Below are positions 9,514 to 18,926 of a DNA stretch of 24,448 bases, piece by piece. Both the position numbers and the translations under genes were made by a program. Under the pieces are notes generated by a model. It was not told where the DNA came from. It ran no database searches and saw only the letters and a list, made by a program, of their open reading frames with translations. The DNA comes from an uncultured Acidobacteriota bacterium. GTDB lineage: Bacteria; Acidobacteriota; Thermoanaerobaculia; Multivoradales; JAHEKO01. The first letter of the stretch is position 1, and every line of letters begins with the position of its first letter. The stretch is from assembly GCA_963713825.1 (NCBI GenBank), contig CAVQNG010000026.1, positions 1 through 24,448 on the forward strand, written 5' to 3'.

Positions 9514-10962
9514 GTGAATTTTCGCGTTCCACTTCGCTTCCTCGGCAGACTTGTCTTGCTGCTGGCGGCCATGAACCTGGCCCCGGCGCTCTGCTCCGCC
9601 TTCTACGGTGAGTGGAAGGTGGTCATCGCCTTCCTGGTGTCCAGCCTGATCACCGCCATCGCGGGCGGCATCATGGTCGGCATCGGCGGCGAAAAGGGCG
9701 AGAGCTACCGCCGGGAGGGAATTCTCGTCGTGGTGGGCGGCTGGGTGTTGGCCTCGCTCTTCGGGGCGATCCCTTATCTGCTCGCTGGCACGTTCTTGAG
9801 TCCGATCGACGCGCTGTTCGAGTCGGCCTCCGGTTTCACGACAACCGGCGCCTCGGTGATGACCGCGATCGAGGGTCACGCCCTCGGCATCCTGTTCTGG
9901 CGCAGCTTCACCCAATGGCTGGGCGGCATGGGGATCATCGTCCTGTTCGTGGCGCTTCTCCCGGAGTTGGGCCCCGGCGCTCGCTTCCTCTACAAACTCG
10001 AGGTGCCCGGCCCGACTTCCGAGGCACTCGGGTCTCGAATTACCCACACCGCGGGGGTTCTCTGGAAGATCTACCTGCTGCTGTCCGGTGCCGAGACGGT
10101 CCTGCTGATGGCTTGCGGCATGAACCTGTACGACGCCCTGACCCACACCTTCTCCACGATGTCCACTGGCGGGTTCTCGCCACGCAACGCATCGGTGGCC
10201 GCGTTCCAGTCACCACTGGTGGAGATCGTCATCATCATCTTCATGGTCCTGGCCGGCACGAATTTTTCCCTTTTCTACGGCCTCAGGAAGCGCCGCGGCT
10301 GGAATCTCTATCGAGATCCCGAGTTCCGTCTCTATCTCAACGTCATGCTCGGTATCGCAGCGGTCATCACTTTCGACCTGCTGCGCAGGGGCGCCTACGA
10401 GAACGGGCCGCGGGCCGCCCTGGATTCCGCCTTCCAAACCGTCTCCATCATGACGACCACCGGTTTCGCCACCGCCGATTTCGACACCTGGCCCGTGCTG
10501 TCGCGCATGCTGATCGTCGGTCTTATGTTCGTCGGTGGCTGCGCTGGCTCGACGGGAGGCTCGATGAAGGTGATGCGCATGCTGATCGGCTTGCGCTCGG
10601 CGTTCCGTGAGGCGCGCCTGATCTTCAGTCCCAACACGATGATGGCGGTCTTCGTGGGTGGCAAGTCGGTGCCCGACGCCATCGTTCGCAGCGTGGCGGG
10701 TTTCTTTATCCTCTACCTGAGTATCTGGGGTCTCGGCACTTTGTTGCTGAGCATCTCGGGTCCTGATCTTGTAACCAGCGCCACCGCGTCCGCTGCCACA
10801 CTGGGCAATATCGGCCCGGGGCTCGCCATGGTCGGACCAACCCAGAACTTCGCCTTCTTCAGTGGCTGGGACAAGGCCCTGATGGTCCTGCTGATGTGGA
10901 TGGGGAGGCTCGAGATCTACTCGATCGTCGCCCTGTTCAGTCGTGCCTTCTGGCGACCCTGA
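9514..10962 (+). CDS. trkH: Trk K+ uptake membrane protein TrkH
   Basis: FESASGFTTTGAS, QWLGGMG, STMSTGGFS, TTTGF, FVGGCAGSTGGSMK, LGNIGPG and MGRLEI motifs, giving four P-loop repeats. GTG start. Confidence 0.95.
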   Translation: MNFRVPLRFLGRLVLLLAAMNLAPALCSAFYGEWKVVIAFLVSSLITAIAGGIMVGIGGEKGESYRREGILVVVGGWVLASLFGAIPYLLAGTFLSPIDALFESASGFTTTGASVMTAIEGHALGILFWRSFTQWLGGMGIIVLFVALLPELGPGARFLYKLEVPGPTSEALGSRITHTAGVLWKIYLLLSGAETVLLMACGMNLYDALTHTFSTMSTGGFSPRNASVAAFQSPLVEIVIIIFMVLAGTNFSLFYGLRKRRGWNLYRDPEFRLYLNVMLGIAAVITFDLLRRGAYENGPRAALDSAFQTVSIMTTTGFATADFDTWPVLSRMLIVGLMFVGGCAGSTGGSMKVMRMLIGLRSAFREARLIFSPNTMMAVFVGGKSVPDAIVRSVAGFFILYLSIWGLGTLLLSISGPDLVTSATASAATLGNIGPGLAMVGPTQNFAFFSGWDKALMVLLMWMGRLEIYSIVALFSRAFWRP

Positions 10963-10964
10963 GC

Positions 10965-12677
10965 TCAGGCGAACAGCGTTGGGGCTTTCGGCTCTGCCGG
11001 CGGCTTGTCCGCTTCCAACACCGTGCCATCGGATTTACGGTACTTGCCGCGACCCAGGTGCAACAGGCTGCGGTTGCGCCCCTGGCTCTTGGCCATCCTC
11101 AGGGCTTCGTCGGCCAGGACGAGCAACTCCTTGCCATCCTTGACGAACAGCTCAGGGTAGGCCGCGATGCCGGCGCTCAGGCGAAGATGAACCCTCTCGT
11201 CCTTCGCAGTGAACACCGTACGCTGTACTTCCAGGCGAAGTCGTTCCGCCACCCGTTGCGCCGTCTCTCCGTTGGTCTGATCCAGGACCACTGCAAACTC
11301 TTCGCCGCCATATCGGCAGCAGAGGTCGGTCTCGCGGCGGTGCTTCTCGAGCACTTCCGCGATTCGTAGGAGCGCCCGGTCACCGACGTCGTGCCCGTAG
11401 GTGTCGTTGACCTTCTTGAATCGATCCAGGTCGCACATGATGACCGCCATCGTGCCGCCTTCGTCGCGGATCGCCGAGAACACAGCCTCGAGCCGGGCCT
11501 CCAGAACCCCTCGATCGGCCAGGCCCGTCAGTGAGTCATGCTTGGCACGTCGATCGAGCAGCGCTCGATGGACCGAGGAGGCGACCTGTGGCAACAGGGA
11601 GTCCAACAGCTCCACCGAGGTGGGTTCGAGGCGCCGCGGGTCGCACCAGAACCGCACCCGCGCGATCGTCTCTCCATCACCCTTCAACTCGCGGCCGAGG
11701 ATCTTCCACGACGAGCGCCGGTGGATGCCGGGCATCGCGGGTGGGCTATCGGCCGGCTCGGGAAGACCCTCTTCGATTTGATCATCGGGCCCCGCGAACC
11801 AGCTCCTGGGGCCACCGTCTCCTTGCAGCAGCTCGAATTGGAACCAGGAGAACGGCACCACGTTGCGACACTCCTCCAGGACCTGGCCGACCATGCCGGC
11901 CAAATCGGGGCTGCGAAAAATGATTCGGTGGCCGGCTCGCGTCACCTCCCAGAGCTCCGAGACCTGACCGACCGCCCGCCGGCGCAGGTGGAGGTTCCTC
12001 GCCGTCTCGGCTGCCAGCAGGCCCAGGGCCAGAAGCGGCACGAGAGCCACGGGCCAGCCCAGGGTCGCCACCACCGGGACGAAGGCCATACCCACCAGCC
12101 AGCCGACGCAGTCGAGACTCGCCGACCCGGCCAGCTCCACCCATCGCAGTCCCACCAGTCGCCGCGCCCATTGGAGGTCCAGCAATTGCAGCGCCAAGAA
12201 CACCACGAGATAGGTGGCAACCGCCAGCAGCTGCCAGCCCAGGTTCTCGTTGGCTCTGCCGCCCTGCCAGACCCAACCCGCAGCAAGGGTTGCCAGTACG
12301 AGTCGGCCGCCCCCACCCACCGACTCCATCGACAGCCCTGTTCGGGCCGGACGGGCCGGCCTCGAAGGCAACAGGCGTAGCAGCACTTCCCTCGAGATGT
12401 AGGCAATCACCACCAGCCACGCGGCCAACGCACTGCCAAAGAAACCCACCGTCACGGGTAGGGCCATCGTCCCCAGGTTGAGGGTCCAGCGCTGCCTCGA
12501 TCCGTGCAGGCTAGCCGCGACGGCGACCATACATAGCACCAGGTATGGCCAGCGAGCCGTCGACTCTGGGGCCGGCAGCCAGCGCTCCCACAACGGCGCG
12601 GCCAGAAGCAGGGTCGCGGCGACCGCTGCTGGCACCAGTCCACGGAGAGTCTCGACGCGAGACGAAGATCGCTTCAT
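10965..12677 (-). CDS. Membrane-anchored diguanylate cyclase (GGDEF domain)
   Basis: About 7 N-terminal TM segments, a GAF-like linker, HDSLTGL, DLDRFKKVNDTYGHDVGD, I-site RETD and active site RYGGEEF. Confidence 0.9.
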   Translation of the reverse strand: MKRSSSRVETLRGLVPAAVAATLLLAAPLWERWLPAPESTARWPYLVLCMVAVAASLHGSRQRWTLNLGTMALPVTVGFFGSALAAWLVVIAYISREVLLRLLPSRPARPARTGLSMESVGGGGRLVLATLAAGWVWQGGRANENLGWQLLAVATYLVVFLALQLLDLQWARRLVGLRWVELAGSASLDCVGWLVGMAFVPVVATLGWPVALVPLLALGLLAAETARNLHLRRRAVGQVSELWEVTRAGHRIIFRSPDLAGMVGQVLEECRNVVPFSWFQFELLQGDGGPRSWFAGPDDQIEEGLPEPADSPPAMPGIHRRSSWKILGRELKGDGETIARVRFWCDPRRLEPTSVELLDSLLPQVASSVHRALLDRRAKHDSLTGLADRGVLEARLEAVFSAIRDEGGTMAVIMCDLDRFKKVNDTYGHDVGDRALLRIAEVLEKHRRETDLCCRYGGEEFAVVLDQTNGETAQRVAERLRLEVQRTVFTAKDERVHLRLSAGIAAYPELFVKDGKELLVLADEALRMAKSQGRNRSLLHLGRGKYRKSDGTVLEADKPPAEPKAPTLFA

Positions 12678-12758
12678 CGTTCTCAGACGGGCCGATCGTA
12701 TGCTGTCTGCCCCAGTTCCTCAATCGGCTCTGACACAATCGGCACCGACCAGCTTCTC

Positions 12759-13475
12759 ATGACCGATCTCAACCATCCACGGCGTACTCCCGAGCTCATG
12801 GACTCTCCAACGCTCTCCTTCGCCGAGACGGAGCGAGCGCTCGCCGATCTCGAGCGGATCAATCGATGGACGCTGGGACTGCTGGCGGCCCGCCGTGCAC
12901 TGAAACAGCGCCTTGTTCCTGACGGGCGAGGGCAGGTGCTGCTGGATATCGGCACTGGTTCCGGGCAGGTCTCCGCCGTCTTGGCCAGCGACAGTCGGTG
13001 CGGTGGGGTCGAGCTCAAAACCATCGGTGTCGACTTCAAGCTCTGCCATCTGGTGATCGGACGCCAACGCGGTCACCGTCAGCTGAGAGTCGTGGCCTCC
13101 GCAGAGCAGTTGCCGTTCCGCACCGGAGCTCTTGACTGGGTCCTGTCCAACCTCTTCTTTCACCACTTTGACGAGCCGGAAAATTCGACAATCCTGGCCG
13201 AAATGCGCCGTGTCTGCCGACGGGCTGCGCTCGTCGTCGATCTACGCCAGTCGCTGCTGGCTCGCCTACTCGCCCGACTACTGCTTCCGCTCCTCGGCGC
13301 GGGGCGTGTTGCGCTCTACGATGGAAAGCTGTCAGCAGACCAAGCTTGGCACTTGGACAGAATTCAGGAGTTGGCTGATGCCCAGGAAACCTCGGAGGTG
13401 CGAAAGCGCTTTCCCTTCCGTTTCTCCCTGGTGATGGCACCCGCGTCATCCAACATTGCGAGCGAGGAGCCCTGA
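12759..13475 (+). CDS. Class I SAM-dependent methyltransferase
   Basis: LLDIGTGSG motif I, GVD, AEQLPF, DWVLSNLFFHHF and N-terminal PELMD...LADLERINR. Confidence 0.85.
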   Translation: MTDLNHPRRTPELMDSPTLSFAETERALADLERINRWTLGLLAARRALKQRLVPDGRGQVLLDIGTGSGQVSAVLASDSRCGGVELKTIGVDFKLCHLVIGRQRGHRQLRVVASAEQLPFRTGALDWVLSNLFFHHFDEPENSTILAEMRRVCRRAALVVDLRQSLLARLLARLLLPLLGAGRVALYDGKLSADQAWHLDRIQELADAQETSEVRKRFPFRFSLVMAPASSNIASEEP

Positions 13476-13539
13476 GTATCTCCCATAGCTTGACTTCGTC
13501 GTGGTCGAGTCAAGCTCTGTAGGACGGTGCCCGCATGAA

Positions 13540-14541
13540 TCATGCGGGTCCAGCGAGATCGCTCCATGTCGGCAGCAGGTCGAAGCCGTCAGCCTTCTCG
13601 ATAGCGCGTACGATCGCCTGCGCCACGGCCATTTCAGCCAGGGTTCCGACCTGATGGAGATGCGCCGGCACATCCCCGGTGGCGAGAGTCACCACCAGGT
13701 CGCCATCGTAGAGGGAGAGCGCTGGAACGAAGCAGCGGTAGAAACCACCGAAGGCCATCTCACAGACCTTGCGCAGCGCCGCCTTGTCGAGATCGGCGTC
13801 GGTCATCACGACGGCCAGCGTCGTATTGGACTCCCAGGCATGGCCCAGGGTCGGCGGCAACGACATCATGACCCGGCGAGCATCGGCCGGGTCGAGTGAA
13901 TCAGGGGCCCTTCGACAGCCAGCGAGCCACTTCCCGGTGTCGGGGTGGCGCACATCCCCGAAAGCGTTGACAGCCACAGCCGCGGCCACGGTCGGCCCAT
14001 CTGGCAGGCTGAAGCTGACGAACCCGAAGCCGCCCTTCATGCCGCTGGCAGGCCCCAGAGCCTTGCCGACGGTGGCACCCGTCCCCGCCCCGAGGCTGCC
14101 CGAGGTGATCAGGCCGGAAGCGGCAGAAAACAGCGCCGCCTCCACCAGATCGGAGCCCGGACGGGCTGCCGGGTCACCGAAGCCCAAATCGAAGAGGATG
14201 GCAGTCGGTACCACCGGCACCACCCCGAGCCCGGTGTCGAATCCAAAGCCGCCGCGCTCCAGATGCTCGACGACCAGGTCGGCACACGACAGGCCGAAAC
14301 CACTGCCCCCCGCCAATACCACCGCGTGGGCCCTGCTCGCCAGGCTGTGGGTGAGCATCAGGGAGTCGAACTGTCGGGTACCGGTCGCGGTTCCCCGCAC
14401 CTCAGCGGCAGCGGTAGCTCCTTCCGGACAGAGAAGGACCGTCACGCCGGTCATGCCCTGGGTATCGGAGCCATGCCCGATGGTGAACCCGGGTATCGAG
14501 AGTCGGTCACCTGGCGTCGGTAGCGGGGCGAGCTTCGGCAT
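13540..14541 (-). CDS. P1/S58 (DmpA-like, DOM-fold) self-cleaving peptidase/amidohydrolase
   Basis: TGVTV, EVRG, LAGGSGFGL, VPVVPTAILFDL, GAGTGATVGK, KGGFG, VNAFGDV, the N-T-T cleavage/nucleophile site and DGD. Confidence 0.88.
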   Translation of the reverse strand: MPKLAPLPTPGDRLSIPGFTIGHGSDTQGMTGVTVLLCPEGATAAAEVRGTATGTRQFDSLMLTHSLASRAHAVVLAGGSGFGLSCADLVVEHLERGGFGFDTGLGVVPVVPTAILFDLGFGDPAARPGSDLVEAALFSAASGLITSGSLGAGTGATVGKALGPASGMKGGFGFVSFSLPDGPTVAAAVAVNAFGDVRHPDTGKWLAGCRRAPDSLDPADARRVMMSLPPTLGHAWESNTTLAVVMTDADLDKAALRKVCEMAFGGFYRCFVPALSLYDGDLVVTLATGDVPAHLHQVGTLAEMAVAQAIVRAIEKADGFDLLPTWSDLAGPA

Positions 14542-14619
14542 AGATAAGGATTGTACCGCCAGCCTCTAGTTCGCACCCCGTTTGCGGCCAGCTTCCACCA
14601 TCGGGCAGAATGACCCGAG

Positions 14620-15345
14620 GTGAAGACCTTCGACCTGCCCTCCCCACCCTGGATCCTGGCCCACCGCGGAGCCTCGGGAGAGGCCCCCGAGAACACACTC
14701 GAGAGCTTCCTGCTGGCGGTCGAGCAGGGTGCTGACGTCATCGAGCTCGACCTGTGGCTGACCCGTGACGGCCGACTCGTCGCCTTTCACGATGTCGAGC
14801 TGCGAGCCGGACTGCAGCGCAAGGCGCCCGTCGAATCTCTGACCCTGTACCGCTTTCAGCGAGCGCTAAGAAAGGGTAGTGGCATCGAGGCACCCACACT
14901 CCAGCAAATCCTCAGGGCCCTGCCGGAGTCCCAGCCCCTGATTCTCGACATCAAACGCCGCGGTGCCGATCCAAAGGCCATCAGCAACACCCTGGCCGCA
15001 GCCCTCGAGGGGCGACACCAGGTTCTGTTCTCCAGCTTCGATTGGTCTCTTCTGGCCGAGCTCAAGGCGTGGCTGCCTGAGTATCGGGTCGCACCGATCG
15101 GGGATCGCAAACCGGGCGCGCTCCTGGAAGCCGCGATCGAGTTGGACTCCTTCAGTGTGCATTGCCATCGCAAGCTCGCTCGTCGTGAGTTCTTGCTGGC
15201 GGCGGCCGAAGCCGGCAAACCACCCCTGGTCTACACGATCAACCGGCCATTCCTCGCCCGCAATGTACTGCACCGGGGTGCCGCCGGTATCTTTACCGAC
15301 TACCCCGGCAAGCTCCGCAAGAGTCTCGCCAGGTCAGCTCGATGA
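14620..15345 (+). CDS. Glycerophosphodiester phosphodiesterase (GDPD family)
   Basis: [22 protein letters not shown]...HD, SSFD, YTIN and GIFTDYP. Confidence 0.88.
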   Translation: MKTFDLPSPPWILAHRGASGEAPENTLESFLLAVEQGADVIELDLWLTRDGRLVAFHDVELRAGLQRKAPVESLTLYRFQRALRKGSGIEAPTLQQILRALPESQPLILDIKRRGADPKAISNTLAAALEGRHQVLFSSFDWSLLAELKAWLPEYRVAPIGDRKPGALLEAAIELDSFSVHCHRKLARREFLLAAAEAGKPPLVYTINRPFLARNVLHRGAAGIFTDYPGKLRKSLARSAR

Positions 15346-16763
15346 CCTCGGACGATCTCTCTCTGGCCGTTGTGGATCTCGGATCCACTCTCGCGAAGGG
15401 CGGGCTCTACTCCCTGGACGGAAGCTGCCGACTCAGCACATCCTTGCCGGTCGAGGTCTACGCCAACGGCGCGTCCTTCGAACACGATCCACATGCGCTG
15501 CTCGAGACAGTCGAGGCCCTATTGGCTCGGCTTCAAGAGGCCGGGCCTCTCTCTGCCATCGGCGTCACTTGCCAGCGATCTACTTGCCTGCTCTGGGAAC
15601 AGTCCAACGGCCGTGCGCTGACCCCGGCCATCTCCTGGCAGGACGGCAGTGCCACAGACGTTGTCGAGCGACTCGCCCTGCACGCCCCCGAAGTCGCCTC
15701 ACGCAGCGGTCTTCACCTGTCGCCCCACTACGCCGCACCAAAACTGAGTCGATTGTTGAGCTCCCAACCCGGTCTCCGCCGTCGTGCTGAAGCCGGCGAG
15801 GTCGTAGCGGGAACCCTCGATGCCTTTCTCATGCACCATCTTACGGGCGAGCCCTCGACCGAAGGTGGGCACGCCGGCCGCACCCTGCTCTACAACCTGG
15901 AGGCCGACGCCTGGGATCCGACCCTCTGTCACCTTTTCGAGATTCCTCGCGCTGCCTTGCCGCGGCTCAGGCCCTCGATCGGCTTTCGAGGCCAGTGGCA
16001 AGGCCTCCCCGTGACCGCAGTTGCTGGCGATCAACAAGCAGCCCTGCTGGCGCAGGGCGGTTGGGAGGAAGGAGTCACGGCGGCCCACTTTGGCACCGGC
16101 GCCTTTGTGCTCGCCGGCACCGGGGACCAACTCCGCCGTCATCCAGGTCTGCTCTCGGCGGTTGTCGCGAGCTCCTCGTCCGATCGGCACTTTCAGCTCG
16201 AAGGAGCCGTCAACAGCGCCGGCTCCGCCATGGATTGGATCTCGGGCGAAACCGGTCTCGGCCCCGAGGAATGGGGCCAGCGTCCCCTGGAGCCCGAACG
16301 CCTCCCACGCGTTTTGCCCGCTCTTGCCGGGCTCGGTACACCCTGGTGGCGCCCCGAGATCCGAACAGTCGTCCAGGAAACCGGTGCTCACACCTCGCCT
16401 CTTGAGCTTGCCGCTGGTGTGCTGGTCGGCGTGGCCATGCGGGTCGTGGATTGCTTCGAGACGCTTGCCGCTTCGGGAGCCGCAGCGGAAGTCTTCCGGC
16501 TGAGTGGGAAACTGACCCGCTGCAGGGCTCTCGTCGACCTGATCGCCAATCTCACTCAAATTCCGGTCGAGGTGTCGGCGGAAGAGGAGCCGGGGCTGGC
16601 CGGCATCGCCCGTCTCGCTGCCGTCGGTCTCGAGCCCGACTCGACGTCACTGAGCGGCGGTACTCCCGTGAGCTACACCCAAGACCCCGAATGGTCTTTC
16701 GACCGCGCCCACGCCGCCCGTTCCGACTGGCGCGACTTCGTCCACCGCGTCCTGAACAACTGA
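15342..16763 (+). CDS. FGGY-family carbohydrate kinase, glycerol-kinase-like
   Basis: VDLGST, CQRST, AISWQD, YAAPKL, GTLDAFL, GDQQAAL, FGTGAF, LEG and GLGTPWW. ATGA overlap with the GDPD gene indicates translational coupling. Confidence 0.85.
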   Translation: MTSDDLSLAVVDLGSTLAKGGLYSLDGSCRLSTSLPVEVYANGASFEHDPHALLETVEALLARLQEAGPLSAIGVTCQRSTCLLWEQSNGRALTPAISWQDGSATDVVERLALHAPEVASRSGLHLSPHYAAPKLSRLLSSQPGLRRRAEAGEVVAGTLDAFLMHHLTGEPSTEGGHAGRTLLYNLEADAWDPTLCHLFEIPRAALPRLRPSIGFRGQWQGLPVTAVAGDQQAALLAQGGWEEGVTAAHFGTGAFVLAGTGDQLRRHPGLLSAVVASSSSDRHFQLEGAVNSAGSAMDWISGETGLGPEEWGQRPLEPERLPRVLPALAGLGTPWWRPEIRTVVQETGAHTSPLELAAGVLVGVAMRVVDCFETLAASGAAAEVFRLSGKLTRCRALVDLIANLTQIPVEVSAEEEPGLAGIARLAAVGLEPDSTSLSGGTPVSYTQDPEWSFDRAHAARSDWRDFVHRVLNN

Positions 16764-16770
16764 CCATCGT

Positions 16771-16809
16771 GAGGCCCGTCCGGGTGGCTCGCAGGGGGAC
16801 GGCGTCGGC
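16771..16809 (+). repeat. 39-bp dispersed repeat, copy 1 (inverted relative to 22628-22666)
   Basis: GAGGCCCGTCCGGGTGGCTCGCAGGGGGACGGCGTCGGC. Its reverse complement matches 22628-22666 at 36/39 positions. Confidence 0.85.
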
Positions 16810-17136
16810 TACTCAGACTGCAATGGGGGGCCGCCACCTTGTCTCGTCATCGCGCCTCAGCTCTTGTGCTCTTTGATGGCCCTTGCGCTGCGCTCGACTC
16901 GGCACCCCCTGACGAACCACCTGACGAACCTCGGGCACCGATGAAGGCAATAGGGCCTTAGCTTATAGGGGCGCAAGGGCACAAGGGGTGAGTCAGCAGT
17001 CGGACTCACGAATGCGTCACGAGGGTGGTAGATCGGGCCATGGGTCTCCCTCGTCGGAGGGGCTGGTCGCGTGAGGCCGCAGACGAGGAAGATCCCTGGT
17101 CCGATCGGCCGGCTCAACCCTCGAGCGCCTCAGCCC

Positions 17137-17694
17137 CTATTGCCCTACCCCCGGCTCGTGCCAGCCGGGGCGAGACCAGCTGTTGGGCTCGTTCGGTACG
17201 GGTTTGAGGCCGGCGGATTCGAGGCGCTCGCCGAGCAGGTCGAGAAACGAGTGGCGTCCGTCTACGACCGCCAGGTTCAGGAAGAACTCGCGGCCCTGGC
17301 CGAGCTTCTTCTCGTGCACGATGCGCAGTGATTCTGTCTCCTTGCGAGGCGCACTGGAGAGCACGCGAGCATAGGGAATCCGGCGCACACGGAAAGTGTG
17401 CAGGGGTTGGTAGGAAAGGAAGTTCCTCCCGACCAGAACGGCCGGCTTGCCAGCCGTCCACCAGATCTTGAAGAGCGTCAACCAGAACAGCACACCGTAG
17501 AACAGCAGCACCCCGAAGGCACGGCCGAGTGGTGCGGAGCCCGGGGTCTTGAAGAACCAGGCCACCCCACCCAGAAGCGCCACGACCCCGACTCCCCAGA
17601 CCATCGCCTTCCGACAGCTGCGTCGCACCCAGGGACGGAAGGCAAAGGCCACCCGCTCGGCTGTGGCTCCCTCTCGATTCGGCTCTTCCGACAT
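17137..17694 (-). CDS. Hypothetical membrane protein (2 TM plus a soluble, possibly bacterial PH-like domain)
   Basis: Two hydrophobic helices followed by a beta-rich soluble region. ATG 17694 is preceded by GGAGAG, and the ORF track gives an alternative start at 17715. Confidence 0.65.
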   Translation of the reverse strand: MSEEPNREGATAERVAFAFRPWVRRSCRKAMVWGVGVVALLGGVAWFFKTPGSAPLGRAFGVLLFYGVLFWLTLFKIWWTAGKPAVLVGRNFLSYQPLHTFRVRRIPYARVLSSAPRKETESLRIVHEKKLGQGREFFLNLAVVDGRHSFLDLLGERLESAGLKPVPNEPNSWSRPGWHEPGVGQ

Positions 17695-17780
17695 GGCTCG
17701 CTCTCCGGGCGGCACTCTACCTCAGGGCAGCGACCGAGATAGACTCGTGCACTGATTGCAACCTTCCCCGAGGAGTCTCC

Positions 17781-18899
17781 ATGACCGCTGACAAGATCCG
17801 CCGCATCGCCGTCAACACGGGAGGCGGAGACGCGCCCGGGCTCAATGCCGTTCTTCGGGCCATCGTGTTGTCCAGCATTCGGCGTGGTTGGGAGGTGGTC
17901 GGCATTCAGAAGGGCTACGCCGGGCTTCTCGACACCAGCAAGATCGAGACCCTCGATCATGGTCGCGTGCGCGGCATCACGCACCTGGGGGGCACGATCC
18001 TGGGCACGGCCAACAAGGGCGATCCGTTCGAGATGCCGATGAAGCTGCCCGATGGCACCGAGACCACGATCGACCGGTCCGACGAATTGGTGGAGAACTT
18101 TCACCGGCTCGGCCTCGACGCCATGATCGCCATCGGGGGTGATGGCTCGATGCGCATCGCACACCGCCTGGCGGACAAAGGCATCCCGATCGTCGGAGTG
18201 CCCAAGACCATCGACAACGATCTGGCAGGCACTGTCGTAGCCTTCGGTTTCGATACTGCCGTCACGGTGGCCACCGAAGCCGTGGATCGCCTCCACTCGA
18301 CCGCCGAGGCCCATGAGAGGGTCTTCACCGTCGAGGTCATGGGACGCTACGCGGGGTGGATCGCCTTACACTCCGCCATCGCCGGAGGTGCCGACGTGGC
18401 CCTCATCCCAGAGATTCCGTTCGACATCGACATCGTCTGCCGGAAGATCATGAGCCGCGAAGCGAGGGGGCGTCGCTTCAGCCTGGTGGTGGTGGCCGAA
18501 GGTGCTCGACCCGTGGACGGCGAGATGGTGGCCCAGGGCCCCAAAGAACTGGGCCGGGAGATCCAACTCGGTGGCATCGGTGTGCAGGTCGCCCTTCAGA
18601 TCGCCGAACGCACCGGCAAAGAGACTCGCAACGTGGTCCTGGGACACCTGCAGCGGGGGGGCACTCCCACCCCCCGCGACCGGATCCTGGCCCTGCGATT
18701 CGGAGCAGCCGCGGTCCGGGTCCTGGCGGAGGGTCAGACCAACGTCATGGTGGCCCTCGACCCGCCGACGGTCAAGACCGTCCCCCTGACTGATGCGACG
18801 AGTCGCATGAAGACCGTTCCCCTGGACTCCGACACCGTATGCACCGCCCGGGAGCTCGGTATGTGTCTGGGCGACGAGTGGGAGGGTGCCAACTACTAA
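17781..18899 (+). CDS. pfkA: 6-phosphofructokinase, PfkA family (group III-like, probably ATP-dependent)
   Basis: GGGDAPGLNA, GGTILGT, IGGDGS, VPKTIDND, EVMGR and LGHLQRGG. RBS GAGGAG upstream. Confidence 0.92.
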   Translation: MTADKIRRIAVNTGGGDAPGLNAVLRAIVLSSIRRGWEVVGIQKGYAGLLDTSKIETLDHGRVRGITHLGGTILGTANKGDPFEMPMKLPDGTETTIDRSDELVENFHRLGLDAMIAIGGDGSMRIAHRLADKGIPIVGVPKTIDNDLAGTVVAFGFDTAVTVATEAVDRLHSTAEAHERVFTVEVMGRYAGWIALHSAIAGGADVALIPEIPFDIDIVCRKIMSREARGRRFSLVVVAEGARPVDGEMVAQGPKELGREIQLGGIGVQVALQIAERTGKETRNVVLGHLQRGGTPTPRDRILALRFGAAAVRVLAEGQTNVMVALDPPTVKTVPLTDATSRMKTVPLDSDTVCTARELGMCLGDEWEGANY

Positions 18900-18926
18900 C
18901 TGGTCAGTCCCGCGTGGAGCCATCTC

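Noticed and set aside
8124-9572. 482-aa minus-strand ORF
   Set aside because: Antisense shadow of trkA with no recognisable motifs. Such ORFs are expected in GC-rich DNA.
16802-16814. CTACTC next to repeat copy 1 matching the right target guide
   Set aside because: The left flank (GCGTCGG) does not match the left guide CCCTCCC, so the 6-nt match is plausibly chance.
16908-16930. Direct repeat CCTGACGAACC x2 as a possible CRISPR remnant
   Set aside because: Only 11 bp with a 1-nt spacer and two copies, and no cas genes in the window.
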